Assembly: GCF_009914755.1 (NCBI RefSeq)
Contig: NC_060947.1
From: the human T2T-CHM13v2.0 reference genome, Homo sapiens
DNA: 64,000 nucleotides
Strand: one strand, 5' to 3'
How positions within the stretch are numbered: the first letter of the stretch is position 1; the number at the start of each line of letters is the position of its first letter. A program made the position numbers and the translations under genes. The notes beneath the pieces are model-generated. The model did not search any database. It saw only the letters and a program-made list of their open reading frames with translations, and had not been told where the DNA came from. Positions 38,114 to 52,558 of the stretch are shown here, one piece after another.

Positions 38114-41059
38114 CCCACTGAATGAGCACTTTCAGCTCAGTAGTATACACAGAAGGAAGACCAAAAAGGGATAAAGGTTGAGATATGATAAGGTCATGGA
38201 AATTGGCTGGGAGTAGGGTGCTAGAAGAGGCTGGAGAATGTTTTACAGGTGAAAGGCACCAGGAAAAAAGGAGAACTTCAAGATCTACAGGGAGAGGATA
38301 ATTGACAGAGCACAGTCCTGAGGGGAATGAGAGCAGTGAATTATCAGAAAGAAGGTAGGATGCCACTTCTTTGGAAACAAAAGAGAAGGGAAAAGAAGCT
38401 TTAACCAACTTCTATTTGTGGGAATTTCTGGAGCTATCTTCATCACCTCAGCCCAAGTCTCATTCCAGATTCTCGTGAGGCCTGCCTCATATTTCTTCAG
38501 TAACTTGCAGCGTTAGCTTTATAACTTTATTACAGCTTCATTTGCAGCTTTAAAATTCTCAGGTACTGTTTACCACTTGATACAAAGTATTACAGGATCT
38601 TTCTCATAGTTATTTCGAGAAAAATGTCAGTGGGCTCAAGAATATAGCACAACACAGAAGACAAGCAATTGAACAAATGAACACACACATATAAAGAGAA
38701 GGAGACAATGTCACACAGAACAATCAGGTCTTGTCACTACTTAAACCAGACCGTAGCTCATTGCTCTGTGCAGCTGAGGTTAAGCATGCCTGAGGCAAAG
38801 GCCTGCAGGCACAGACAGAGAGAAAGCACTGAACAAGGGTGTCAACAAAGCATATGCCTGAGCCAAGACATGTGACAGAGAGGAGCCCTCCATTTGCAGC
38901 TGTTCACACTCCAATAATGGGACACTCAGAAAACAACTACAAAATCCCTCATCCTCATTTCCTGCTAGGGTAAGCAACATTTAAGTGTGGACCTAAAAAC
39001 CTTATCATAGAATGAACAGTTTGAATAAAAAGCATGCCATATTGCCTAGAGTTTCAATATTTCAACCCAGTTGTCAAAATCTGGAGCTTCTTGGCAAGAG
39101 GCAAGTCCTACAGACAGATGTGAAATAGACACTTTTGGAAATGGACATTTTGGATATGATGACCCTATTAGCCACCAGAGCTCCAGTGATTCTGGCAGGG
39201 CTTTTTGGAGTTGGCCCTGGTGCTGCTGATCTGGGGAGTTCATATAGCATACCTCCTGCTATCACATCATATTCATTTTGGCAAATTAAAAGAGCCCATT
39301 AGAGAAAGTTGAAATGCTTTCCTCAGGAGCTTTTATCAAATTAGTGCAAGGATACAGAATATGACCCTAAAACCCACTGAGTGCCCAGCTTGACTTCTAA
39401 CCATGAACAACAGTAGGCTCAAGAATATAGCACAACACAAAATACAAGCATGATAGCATCATCAGTATTTCTCTCTCCCATCACAATTTCTCTTGGACTC
39501 ATACACGTAGTATACATTTATGGAAATAGCTTATATATAGCTTACCTAAAAGCATGCTTCATTCTATATAAAATGTGATATCTTATAAGTGAGCATTCAC
39601 TCCACACACTTTATTCTTTCACAAATTTGACAGTTCTCTTTTGAAATGAAAAGCTCTCATAAACCAGCACCCTTTGTGTATCTTGTCTGTGTGTGTGTGT
39701 GTGTGTGAATGTGTATAACATAACCAAGAGAATATTTTAGTATATAAAGCAATAAAGGCCTAGATTTCATAAACCACATCCCAAAAATAAAATGAAAACT
39801 TCAAAAACCCTGACAGGTTCAACCATTAAGCCCTTTCTGTTTAAGGCATTATTCATAGAAAATGGTTTTTGAAATTTTATATCAAATTATAAATATTATT
39901 ATGTAGTCCAACTGTTATACTACCTGTTCATAACTCAAATATTTTGTTTTCAAAGCAGAGTTTACATGAAGAAACAAAGCCCAGAAACAAATCCCATGGA
40001 CTACTAATTCAATCAGACCATTCATGGCTTTGCTTTCTTTCTTCCCTCCCTTCATCTCCATTTGGGAGCTATGAGGCAATTAATGTTGTCTCTATGCGCT
40101 CTGGTTAACCACAGAAGAACTCAATTCAGAAAGTCCAACTGTTGCTCACTCATGTCAATTAAAGGACTCTATGCTTAAATCTGCTCCAGGCCATCTTTTA
40201 GAAATGAACCTTTGTGGCCAAAATTATCAGATGGGGAAAGGCACTGAAAATTAATTAGTGCTGTTCCTAGGTATCAGCAAGGATGTTGCAGTGCCATTGT
40301 GCTTTAGGAAACTCATCTGGGACTTGAAGCTACACTCAGAATTTGCACTATCTCACCTATTTTCTAAATTGATTCTTACAAATGACAGATACTGGCAGGT
40401 CACTTCATAGAGGGTAAAAGTCAAAGAGCAGAGAACCAAAAATTGGGCTAAATCTTCAATTCACAATACACATGGCCTTAAACTTCTGCTTCAGAAGAGA
40501 TTTGTACATCAAGGTTGGCTCTTCACACTAGCAGAGATACGGAATCAGCCTCCAAATTGTCACTGCTGACATGACATTTAATGGTGGGGAAAAACCCAAG
40601 TGTCCTCTTTTGTGTGACTTGTTGAATGTCAGAATAAACGACGTTAAATGTTCCAATGTTTATTCTTTCTTGCTTCATGCTAACCTTTCCATCTTTATCC
40701 TACCACACCCTGCTCCTCCCCCCTCAAAATCAGCAAAGAACTCAATTGGCCTGTCATGATGATGGAATGTACCAATGTCTTAATTATAACACATTGTCTT
40801 GGCTAGAACAAAAAGTGTTTCCATTACAATATTTGCTTTGACACACTGTCACTGCCCAATATCTCTTTTCCATGTTGTAGTCAACAAAATTGTGAGGGGA
40901 TTATCTCTCACCAAATTTTAAAAATAAGTGAGGAATCTCCTGACATACAGTCTACTCTGAGATCCCGCCAACCCAGGGATGGGGCAAAGCCTCATAGAGT
41001 GAATAGACTCTTAAGAAACAAAAGTTGTTCTCATTTACTCTCACCGCCAGGCACACACT

Positions 41060-42325
41060 TAAGGGTTCTTCAATTACCTCACTGGTCTCTCTTTTAAGTG
41101 ACCTCTGCTAGCTCTTCCTTATCTCCTTGAACTTTAAGTGTTAGAGGGCACCAGGGCCTTGTTTTTGGACATTTTCCCTTCTCTATGCTCACTCCCTTGG
41201 TGATCTCATCTGTGTCATTGCTTTAATTTCCATCTACATAGACACAACTTCTAAATGTTTGTGCGTGTGTGGAAAGGGGGATGTGATCTTTTGAGGCCCA
41301 GATATATGCATCAAACTGCCTCCTCAATATCTCCTTTTGGATATCAATAGGTGCCTCAAATTTAACATATCCAAAACCAAAACCCTGACTTTACCCCCAA
41401 AACCTGCTCCTCCTCAATCTTCCTCATCTAAGTTAATGATAATCTCATCCTTTTTGCTGTTCAGGTCAAATCCTTAAGATGATCCTAACTCCTGTCTTTC
41501 TCTCCCACTCCACACCCCATCTGTAAGAAAATTCTCTTGACAATACTTTCAGAATATATCTAGAACCCGGTCATTTTTCACTCCCTCTATTGTTGCCACC
41601 CTGGTTTAACCACCATCATCTCTCCCCTAGATTGCTGCAAACAGCCTCCTCACTGGTCAGCCTCGGCCCTTGCCCCCTTCAGTCTGTTTTCAAAACAGCA
41701 GCCCGAGTGATCCCCTTAACACATCTCAGATCATATGACGTCTCTGTACAAATCCTTCTACCGGCTCCCCATCTCTCCCAGAATATAAACTCTACTCCTT
41801 GTACTGGCCTACAAGGACCTCCATGATCTGGATTTCCATGTGCTCTCTGAGGTTGTCTCCTACCACACTCTGCCTCTCTCACTCAGCTCCAGGCACCCGG
41901 CATTTCACCAACCTGGCTACATGTAGGCCCATATCAGGGTCTTTGCAATTGCTATTCTGCCTCTCCCGAATGATCTCTCCCCAGATAGCTGCATGCATCA
42001 TTCATTCAACTCCTTCAGGTCTTCGCTCAAATGGCACCTTCCCAGTGAGTCCTTCCATTGCCACCCAATTCAAAATGCTACACTCTCCTATATACCACAT
42101 GTGTATTACTTGTCCTACTACCATCCTTTATTTTACTCAATAGCACTTATCACCAACACACTATGTGTTGCATTTCTTGTTTAATTCTGTCTCCCCTGAT
42201 ACTTGAATGTACAGTCTATGAGGTCAGGGATTTATGCCTGTATTGTTCTCTGCTCTATCCCTAGCCCCTACAATATACCTAGCACATGGTGAGTGCTCAA
42301 TAAACATCATTACAATAAATGAATT
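41060..42325 (+). mobile_element. L2a 3' portion (about 1.25 kb)
   Basis: cactcccttggtgatctcatc, ctcaaatttaacatatccaaaacc, tcaggtcttcgctcaaatggcacc, terminal gcacatggtgagtgctcaataaac...aatgaat. Confidence 0.85.
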
Positions 42326-44604
42326 AAAATCCCAAGGCAACTAGTCAATTCAGAATAAAACTAAGGAAAATCTATCAAAGTAGTTATGTATTCAATTAAA
42401 TATTCATTCCAGCCAATTATTCAATTATTTGAGATATATATTCAATTATATACATTATATATATATATGTGACACAGAGTGAGAGAAAGAACTTAAACCA
42501 GTTAGCAATTAAGCAATAGAAGCAGAAATGAGGGTGGAGGGGCTGAGCAGAGGTAACTCCAGCCCCTGGGGCACCACCAAGGCAGCCAAGGTCAATTTTG
42601 TAGGCCTGAATGCTTTAAACAGTAACTTGCAAAGTTTATGACAAACTATTATTGACAACTCAACTAGCCATCCAAAAAAGGCAGATTCATCCAGCCTCTA
42701 ACTAAAAGCTTTTTATTTTGTTGCATAAAATGGCTATAATCAATTATAGATGTAAACAAAATTACTAAGTATAATTATTTTTTATCTGATATTTCATCAT
42801 CAATAGAAAAACAGACAAGTTTCTTCAGGAAAAAGATAGGTCCTGTAACAGGGAAATGTGGTTTACTAATGAATTAATGATCACATTTGTCCTTTCTACT
42901 TTAAAGCCTGGACTTTCTCATCACTCATTTCCTTCACTTGAGTGAAAAAGCTATCTTCGCAATAATCTTTTTTAAGTTGGGAACTTCAACTTAACTTGCA
43001 TTTTTAATTTTTACCTTTTGATATTTTTTTCCAAGACATATTTTACCATGATAGGATTTCTCAGATGAAAGCAGAGTTCAAGGTAGGTTACTACACACAA
43101 GTCTAATTAAATATTTGAGAAAATGGGTCTTTTGAACCAGCAAGAGTTGAAAATTTTATTTATTCATTTTCTTTCTAATATACTAAAATTGAAATGTGGG
43201 GGTTTGAGATGACTGAATAAATGCTAGCCCAAACATCAACTCAGCTTCTAAGATGGCAAAGCTGGATAATAACAAAAGCACTGGCTAGAATTCAGAGTCT
43301 TGGTTTCTGTACCTGTAAGACTGATAGTAGCTCTCTTCCCTGCCTCTCTCAATGGATTGCTGTGAAACTCAAATACGAAAACAATGGGAATGGGCTCTGT
43401 CAATGATAAAATGCTGTCCATGTATAAGCCAAACTACGGGGAAGTAGGGGGAACTTGCTTCTACTTATTTCCCAAGCTGGGTGAACAAACAGAATTGTTA
43501 AAATGTCAAAACATTTGGCCCCCATAGAAAATAAAATGTTTTAAAAAGCAAAAGAACATTATTGTGTTGAATCAATAAAAAATTCCTTTTATGTTTCATC
43601 TGCTATGATGTGTTATCTTTGGAGACAATATATGATGTTTCTCTTTTAAAAATGTCACAGCATTGAGGATAATAATTTCTCTTAGAAGATCCTTTTTGAA
43701 AAATGGCCAAACATAAATCTTTTACCCTCAATTTATGTCATAGCAATCGATAACCAGGGTGGCTGGCTGACTTGTAATTGGCTGTATTCTACCCAATATG
43801 TCTCTTGATTCTAGAATGCAGGGTTACAGCAACTACTTTTACAAGACCCTGAGATACATATTGAAAACCAGCTACCTATATAACACTAGTTTCTAATATG
43901 TCAAAAACTTTATCATCTAACTTGGGTGGAACAGTGTCCTCTCTCTTCCCTTTTATCCACATAGTCACATTATGCTGTACAATTGTACATCATTTTTTCC
44001 CAGTCTCCTTTGCTAATTTGAAGATTCTTACATGTGGAGGCTACTGAGTGATTATTATCATACTCTCCAGTTTTAATTCATAAATGGATTAAGAACAACT
44101 TAACACATTTCTACAGCTGAAATGAGTGTGGTTACTTCACAAGTCATCCACTGATGCCAACTTAAACCACAAAACCATAAAATGAGGAGCCTAAGCTTTG
44201 TGCTGTTAGTTACAAGACAGAGCTTCAGTAAACCTATGTAAATAGTTCAGTCAGTTGTGCCTCAGCCTCCCAACTCTGCAGCCTTCCCTGATACTTTCTC
44301 TTGATCCCTGTATTCAGAGGCAGGCAAAAATGATTGGTAATAGGTGCAAATTTTAGTCTCCACCCTAATGTGACATGTAATTAACAGAGATAAGATATTT
44401 AAAAGGTTAGGTAATATTTATTTTATTGAGTACCTACCAAATGAAAAGGACTTATAGATACTGTGTCACTTATTCATTCATTCATTTATTCATAAATAAC
44501 TTATTAAATGTTAGACAACCCAAAATAAGCAAAGCAGAAAACGTTTCTACATTCGCGTAGCTTAAAATTGAGTGTGAGAGACAGCTATTTAAACATTATC
44601 ATAC

Positions 44605-47600
44605 TACTTCTGCTTCCAAGTAGAATGTAATAAGTCACAGTAAATAGACACTTCTGCTGTAATAATTACTTAAATATGAATAAATTATAAAAATGGTATT
44701 TAGATGCCTGAGAGAGCTTTGATAACAATTAGGACTAGATGAATTAAATTTCCATAGAGTAGACAACCATTCCAAGCCCTGCACCACAAAAAAATATAAA
44801 AGGAATCCTTGAGACAGAAAAAAAAAATACCAGACAGGAAAATGGAAATGCAGGAAGGAATGAAGAATAGAGGAATGAACTAATATGTGGGTTAATATCA
44901 ATAAATATTAACTTCACAAAGTAATAAAAATACTATCATGTAGAATTCATATTCAATGACAACAATAACAAAAAAGCAAGATAAAGGTAAAAGGAGTTTT
45001 GAGGTTCTAAGGTTTTATATTGGTTATGGAGATATGGCTAAATAATAATTTTCAGTACAGTGAAATAATTCACAAATGCATGCTATAATCTCTAGAGTAG
45101 CCCCTAAATGTATAGCACAAATATGTATAACTAACAAATTATTAGAAGAAAACACAGAACAGAACAATGTATTTTGTAATTTATCCAAAAGACAGTAAGA
45201 TGACAGAAGAAATATAAAACAGATGAGCCAAGAAGGAAATGAAAGACAACGTGGTACATATAAACTCAGCTATATCAGTAATTACAATGTATTTAAAAGA
45301 ACTAATTACTCCAAATAAAAGACTAAGATTACAAAACCAGACAAAAAACAACCAAAACCAAAACACAACTATGTACAATGATACCAAAACAAGACACAGG
45401 TATCACAAAAAATAAGATGACAGACCAACATATTTTATGAATTTAGATGCCAAAATTCTCAATGAAATACCACTAAAACAAATTCAGCAACACATAAAAA
45501 GAACTATGTACCATAGCCATAGGGAATCTATCTTAGGAATTCTAGCTGATTTGGCATATGAAAATCAATCAATGTAATATACCATATAAATACAATAAAG
45601 GACAAAAATCACATGATCATCTCAATAGATGCAGAAAAGCATTTGACACAATCCAACACTCATTCATGATGAAAACACTCAACACAGTAGGAATACTAGG
45701 AAGTTTTCTCAACCTGAAAAATAGCAATCTATGAAAAACCTACAGCCAACATCTTACTCATTAGTGAAAAAAAAAATAATGTTTTCTCCCTAACATCAGA
45801 AGGTAGATAAGGATGTCCACTCTCATCACTTTTACTCAACATTGTCCTGGAGATTCTAGCAGGGCAATTACACAAGAAAATGAAATAAAATTCATCAAGT
45901 TGTAGAGGAAGAAATAAAACTGTCTCTCTTCAGAGATGACACAATCTTATACATATAGAGGAAATCACAAGAAATCTCCTCAAAAATCTATTAGAACTAA
46001 TAAGAGAGTTCAGCAAAGTTCTAGAGTATAAGATCAATATACAACAATCCATAGTATTTCTATACATTACCAATGCACATTATGAAAATGAAATTAAGAA
46101 AATTCCATTTACAATAGCATGAAAAAGAATAAAGCACTTAGAAACTTTTTAAAGGAATGCAATATTTATATATTGAAAACTACAAAATATTGTTGAAAGA
46201 AATTATTAAAGAAGACCTAAATAAATGGAAAGACATCTTATATTTATGGGTTTGAAAAATTACTATTGTTGAGATGGCGATACTCCCCATATTGATCTAC
46301 AAATTCAATGCAATACCTTTCAAATTCCCACCTGGATTTTGTGCAGAAATTGACAAACTAATCATAAAATTTATACAGAAATGCAAGAGACTCAGAAAAA
46401 CCAAAACAATCTCAAAAAAAGAAGACTCATTCTTTCAAATTTCAAAATTTATTACAAAGCTACAGTAATTAAGACATTGTGAGTGACATAAGGATAGACA
46501 TACACCTCAATGGAATAGAAATAAGAGCCAAATAGCTTGGCAGTTCCTCAAGGTATTAAATATAAATTTATCATATAACCCCAGCAATCCTACTCCTAGA
46601 TATATACTCAAAGACATTGAAAACATATGTTGACATGAAACCTTTACATAAGTGTTCATGGCAGTATTATTCATAATGACCAAAAAGTGGAAACAACCCA
46701 AATGTCCATCAGTTAATGAATGGATAAGCCACATATGTTACAGCCATACATGGGATGGTTTTCAACATAAAAAAATGAAGGACTGATATATACTACAAGA
46801 TGGATGAACCTTACAAACATTATGCTAATTAAAGAAGCTAAACACAAAAGACCACATTTGTATAATTCTATTTATGTGAAATATCCAGAATAGGCAAATC
46901 TCTAGTGACAGAAAGTAAATTAATATTTTCTGGGGTCTTGGGATGAGGGGGAAATTGGATGAGAATAATGGATATCTTTGGGGGATAATGAAAATGTTCT
47001 AAAATTAGATAGTGGTTACAACTTTGAGAATAGGCCAAAAACTATTGAACTGTCCACTTAAAAGTATGGAAATTATATCTTGGCTGAGCATGGTGGCTCA
47101 CACCTCTAATCCTAGCACTTTGGGAGACTGAGGTGGGCAAATCACCTGAGGTTGGGAGTTTGAGACCACCTGGCCAACATGGTGAAACCTGTCTCTACTA
47201 AAAATACAAAAATTAGCCAGATGTGGTGGTGCACGCCTGTAATCCCAGCTACTCGGGAGGCCAAGGCATGAGAATCACTTGAACCCAGAAGGCGGAGGTT
47301 GCAGTTGGCTGAGATCGAGCCACTGAACTCCAGCCTTGGTGACAGAGCAAGACTCTTATCTCAAACAACAAAAAATAAAAATAAAATAAAATATAGTTAA
47401 CTTTATTATTCTTACAAGAGTTAATTTTTTAAAAAATATATAAGGGCACAGAAAAGTCCAAAGTAAAAGGATAAAAAAATTAAGTAATTCAAACATTAAC
47501 CAAAAGAAGCCTGTCATAACTATACTGATATCAGGCAAAGTAAATTTTAAGGCAATAAGCATTATTATAGATAATAGAACAACATTTTATAATAAGTGGT

Positions 47601-48090
47601 AAAAACTTTTCAGTATCCTCAAAATGATAAGGAAGTCATTATCTTCAACAAGAAGATATTATTATCCTAAAACTATATACACAGAATAATATGGCCTCAA
47701 AGTATATAAAGCAAAAAACCAACAAAACTAAAAGCAGAAATTGACAACTCTCCAATCATAAAGGAATATTAACACACTTATCTTCATAGCTGATAGAACA
47801 GGCAGAAAAAAAATCAGTATACATATAAAATTTCTGAAGAACATAATTAACAAACTTGATGTAATATTCATTTATAGAGCACTGCATACAAACAAGCCAC
47901 AATCCACATTTTTCATGTCACAGAGAGTATTTATCAAAATCAATTATATGAAGAAAACCTCAACAAATTTTAAAATATTGAAATCATTCAGAGTGTTTTT
48001 TTAACCAAAATAGAATTAAAACAGGAATTAACAACAGAAAGATAACTAGGAAAAAAAACTCAACTGAATGAAAATTATACAGTACACACA
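44605..48090 (+). mobile_element. Composite old L1: L1ME/MD 5' end, ORF1 end and endonuclease region, interrupted by an L1MB ORF2-3' UTR (about 45380-47080)
   Basis: ORF2 remnants (atcatctcaatagatgcagaaaagcatttgac; ORF 46274 ILIYKFNAIP...EIDKLI); endonuclease motif resumes near 47430. Confidence 0.75.
47082..47391 (+). mobile_element. AluS (Sq/Sx)
   Basis: Full dimeric Alu with (AAAAT)n tail. Confidence 0.95.
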
Positions 48091-48649
48091 AAACAACTAT
48101 CACCAATGGGTCATGTTAGTTTAAGTATAAGTTCAAGTCTTTAAGTCTTTGCTATTCTCCTTTGAGTCTGTTTTGTAACAATGTGGTTCAGGGGTCAGCC
48201 TGAGACTTTCACGATGTTTACACACAGGATTAGGAGATCTCCTTCTACAGCACTCTACCCTCTGGGAATTATCCTTCACTCTCCAGACATGCTTACCTGG
48301 GTTTCGTTCCCTAATTCTCCTAGCCAGGAAGGCAGCACCATTTCTACTTGAGTTTTAGCTGCCTTTACTGTCCTGCCTCACTGAACAACTGATGCCTGCT
48401 CTTGGATCAAAGCCACAAAAAACAAAAATACCACAAAATGCCCACGTCCATTATTTCAAGTTTCAGTTCTCCTTCACAGTTTGCCCATCTGTACTTTCTC
48501 CTCAGTATCCTCAGGTAGTTATCTTTGTATTTTGCCCAGAGTGAAGAGTTACCAGTGGGAGAGTTGATCTATTGGGGAGTTGATCTATTGATCTATAACA
48601 GGAGCTAGAGGGCCTGCTTTGTGATTTTAATTTACATTTATCTGATGAC

Positions 48650-51600
48650 AATGAAGCAAGATGACTATGGCTTTCTCATTAGAAAATATAAAAATATAAG
48701 ATAGTGGAATCGCATACCTAAAGTGATGAAAGAAAAAAAGTTCATCCAGAATTCTATATCTAATAAAAATATCCTTCAGGAATGACAGTGAAATGCATTT
48801 TCAGAAAAAGAAAAACTAAGAAAACACATTATGGTATTCTTCAGACTAAAGGGAAATAATAATAGAGAGAGGCTTTGAATTTTTAATGAAAATAATTTAA
48901 AATGATTTAGTTCTTAAATTCTTTAAAACAAACATTGTTTGAAGAAAAAGCATAGCATTTTTTTGTGTGGTTTTCAATGTAGGTAGATGTAATACATATG
49001 ATAATTATAACATAAAAGATGACAGTGGGGGTTAAAGGGACCTATAGGATTTAAAAGTTCTTACATTTTCCATGAAATGATACAATATTCATTCTAAACA
49101 AACCGGTAAAGTTTAGGGAGATATATATATATATATATATCCATATATATGTATATATCCATATATATATATCCACATATATGTATATATCCATATATAT
49201 CCATATATATATCATATATATCCATATATATCCATGTATATATCATATATATCCATATATATCCATATATATCCATAAATATATACATATATATCCATAT
49301 ATATCCATATATACATCCATATATATCCATATATATACATATATATCCATATATATCCATATACAACCATATATATCCATATATATCCATATATATCCAT
49401 ACATATCCATATAAATATACATATATATATCCATATATATCCATATAAATATATCCATATATATCCATACATATATCGATATAAACATATCCATATATAT
49501 CCATATATATCCATATATATCCATATATATCCATATATATATCCATATATATCCATATATATCCATATATATCCATATATATATCCATATATATCCATAT
49601 ATATCCATATATATATCCATATATATCCATATATATCCATATATATCCATATATATCTATCCATATATATATCCATATATATCTATCCATATCTATCCAT
49701 ATATATCTATCCATATATGTATCCATATATATCCATATATATCCACATACATATATCCATATATATCCATATACATCCATATATACATCCATATATATAT
49801 CCATATATACATCCATATATATATACATATATACATCCATATATATATACATATATATATCCATAAATACCCATATACATATCCATATATATATACCCAT
49901 ATACATATCCATATATATACCCATATATATCCATATATATACCCATATATATCCATATATATATCCATATATATCCATATATATATCCATATATATATCC
50001 ATATATATCCATATATATATCCATATATATCCATATATATACCCATATATATATCCATATATATACCCATATATATATAGCCATATATACCCATAAGTAT
50101 ATATCCGTATATATATCCATATGTATATATCCGTATATATATCCATATATATATCCGTATATACATCCATATATATATCCGTATATACATCCATATATAT
50201 ATCCGTATATACATCCATATATATATCCGTATATACATCCATATATATATCCGTATATACATCCATATATATCCATATATATAATCCATATATATCCATA
50301 TATAAATCCATATATATCCATATATATAATCCATATATATATCCATATATAGATATCCATATAGATATCCATATATAGATATCCATATATATCCATATAT
50401 AGATATCCATATATATACCCGTATACATATCCATATATACATCCGTATATATACATCCGTATATATACAACCGTATATACACATCCGTATATACACATCC
50501 GTATATACACATCTGTATATACACATTCGTATATACACATCCGAATATATATCCGTATATATACATCCGTATATATATATCCGCATATATACATCCGTAT
50601 ATATACATCCATATATATATCCGTATATATATATCCATGTATATCCGTATATATATCCATATATATCCGTATATATATCCATATATATATCCGTATATAT
50701 ATCCATATATATATCCGTATATATATATCTATATCCGTATATATATCCATATATATCCATATATAATCCATATATATCCACATATATATATCCACATATA
50801 TATCCACATATATATCCACATATATATGTCCATATATATCCATATATATCCATATATATCCATGTATACATATCCATATATATATCCATGTATATATCCA
50901 TATATATCCGTATATATATCCATATATATATCCGTATATATATCCATATATATGTCCGTATATATATCCATATATACCCGTATGTATATCCATATATATA
51001 GCCGTATATATATATCCATATATATAGCCGTATATATATATCCATATATATAGCCGTATATATATATCCATATATATAGCCGTATATATATATCCATATA
51101 TATAGCCGTATATATATATCCATATATATAGCCGTATATATATATCCATATATATAGCCGTATATATATATCCATATATATAGCCGTATATATATATATC
51201 CATATATATAGCCGTATATATATATATCCATATATATAGCCGTATATATATATCCATATATATAGCCGTATATATATATCCATATATATATCCGTATATA
51301 TATATCCATATATATCCGTATATATATATCCATATATATCCGTATATATATATCCGTATATATATCCGTATATATATATCCGTATATATATCCGTATATA
51401 TATATCCGTATATATCCGTATATATATATCCGTATATATCCGTATATATATATCCGTATATATATCCGTATATATATATCCGTATATATATCATATATAT
51501 ATCCGTATATATATCCGTATATATATATCCGTATATATATATCCGTATATGTATATCCGTATATATATATCCGTATATGTATATCCGTATATATATATCC

Positions 51601-52050
51601 GTATATGTATATCCGTATATATATATCCGTATATGTATATCCGTATATATATATCCGTATATGTATATCCGTATATATATATCCGTATATGTATATCCGT
51701 ATATATATATCCGTATATGTATATCCATATATATATCCGTATATGTATATCCATATATATATCGATATATATATCCATATATATATCCATATATATCCAT
51801 ATATATCCATATATATATCATATATATATCCATATATATATCATATATATATCCATATATATATCCATATATATATCCATATATATATCCATATATATAT
51901 CCATATATATATCCATATATATCCATATATATCCATATATATATCCATATATATATCCAACTAGCAACTAGCAAATGCAACTCTATATATATATATATAT
52001 ATAATTTGCTAGTACAACCACTAAAAATAGTGCGAGGGTAGTGTTAATAG
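48650..52050 (+). mobile_element. Old L1M ORF1-end/inter-ORF fragment hosting the VNTR
   Basis: ccagaattctatatctaataaaaatatccttcaggaatgacagtgaaat before the array; ctagtacaaccactaaaaata resumes after it. Confidence 0.6.
49121..51958. repeat. 2.8-kb (AT)nCC VNTR (CCATATATAT/CCATATATATAT/CCGTATATAT units) with higher-order blocks
   Basis: Direct reading; source of all the I/Y/G/D/M-rich ORFs. Confidence 0.98.
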
Positions 52051-52180
52051 GATAAAACAAAGATTCAAAGAGACTGATCAATTTGCCCAAGGTCATGTCA
52101 CCTCTAAGTGGCTGAGCTAAGATTTGAACCCAGATTATCTAATTCTAAAGCCCATGCTCTGTTCGTGACTACAGGCTGCC
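52045..52180 (-). mobile_element. MIR
   Basis: aatttgcccaaggtcatg...taagtggctgagctaagatttgaacccag. Confidence 0.75.
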
Positions 52181-52404
52181 TCTTCAAACTTTGAGTGTAA
52201 TCAAACCCATAATCTTTGAGTTTCTATGCACTAAGTCGCCGAACCATACCTTAATCCAAGAACTGAAACTCCACTATTTGTCTCATAAATATCAACCAGC
52301 TGCTGGGCAGACTATTGGTCAGCAGATGTCCTCTTGATGCCCTGATACATGACTTTACATGTGAGCAACAGCTCCTAACATTCTAGACATAAAATATAAA
52401 ATAT

Positions 52405-52558
52405 CATATATATATACATGTATATATGTGTATATATGTGTACGTATATACGTATATATGTATACATATATACACATATATATGTATGTACACATATATA
52501 TGTATATATGTGTACATATATACGTATATATGTATATATGTGTGTATATATATATATG
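52405..52558. repeat. Alternating purine-pyrimidine (TA/TG/CA/CG) simple repeat
   Basis: Direct reading. Confidence 0.9.

Noticed and set aside
48558-48597. Tandem micro-duplication gagttgatctattg
   Set aside because: Ordinary slippage in an old L1 fragment
49094-52041. ORFs up to 757 aa rich in I/Y/G/D/M/W
   Set aside because: Translation of the (AT)nCC array, which rarely produces stop codons; open in several frames on both strands
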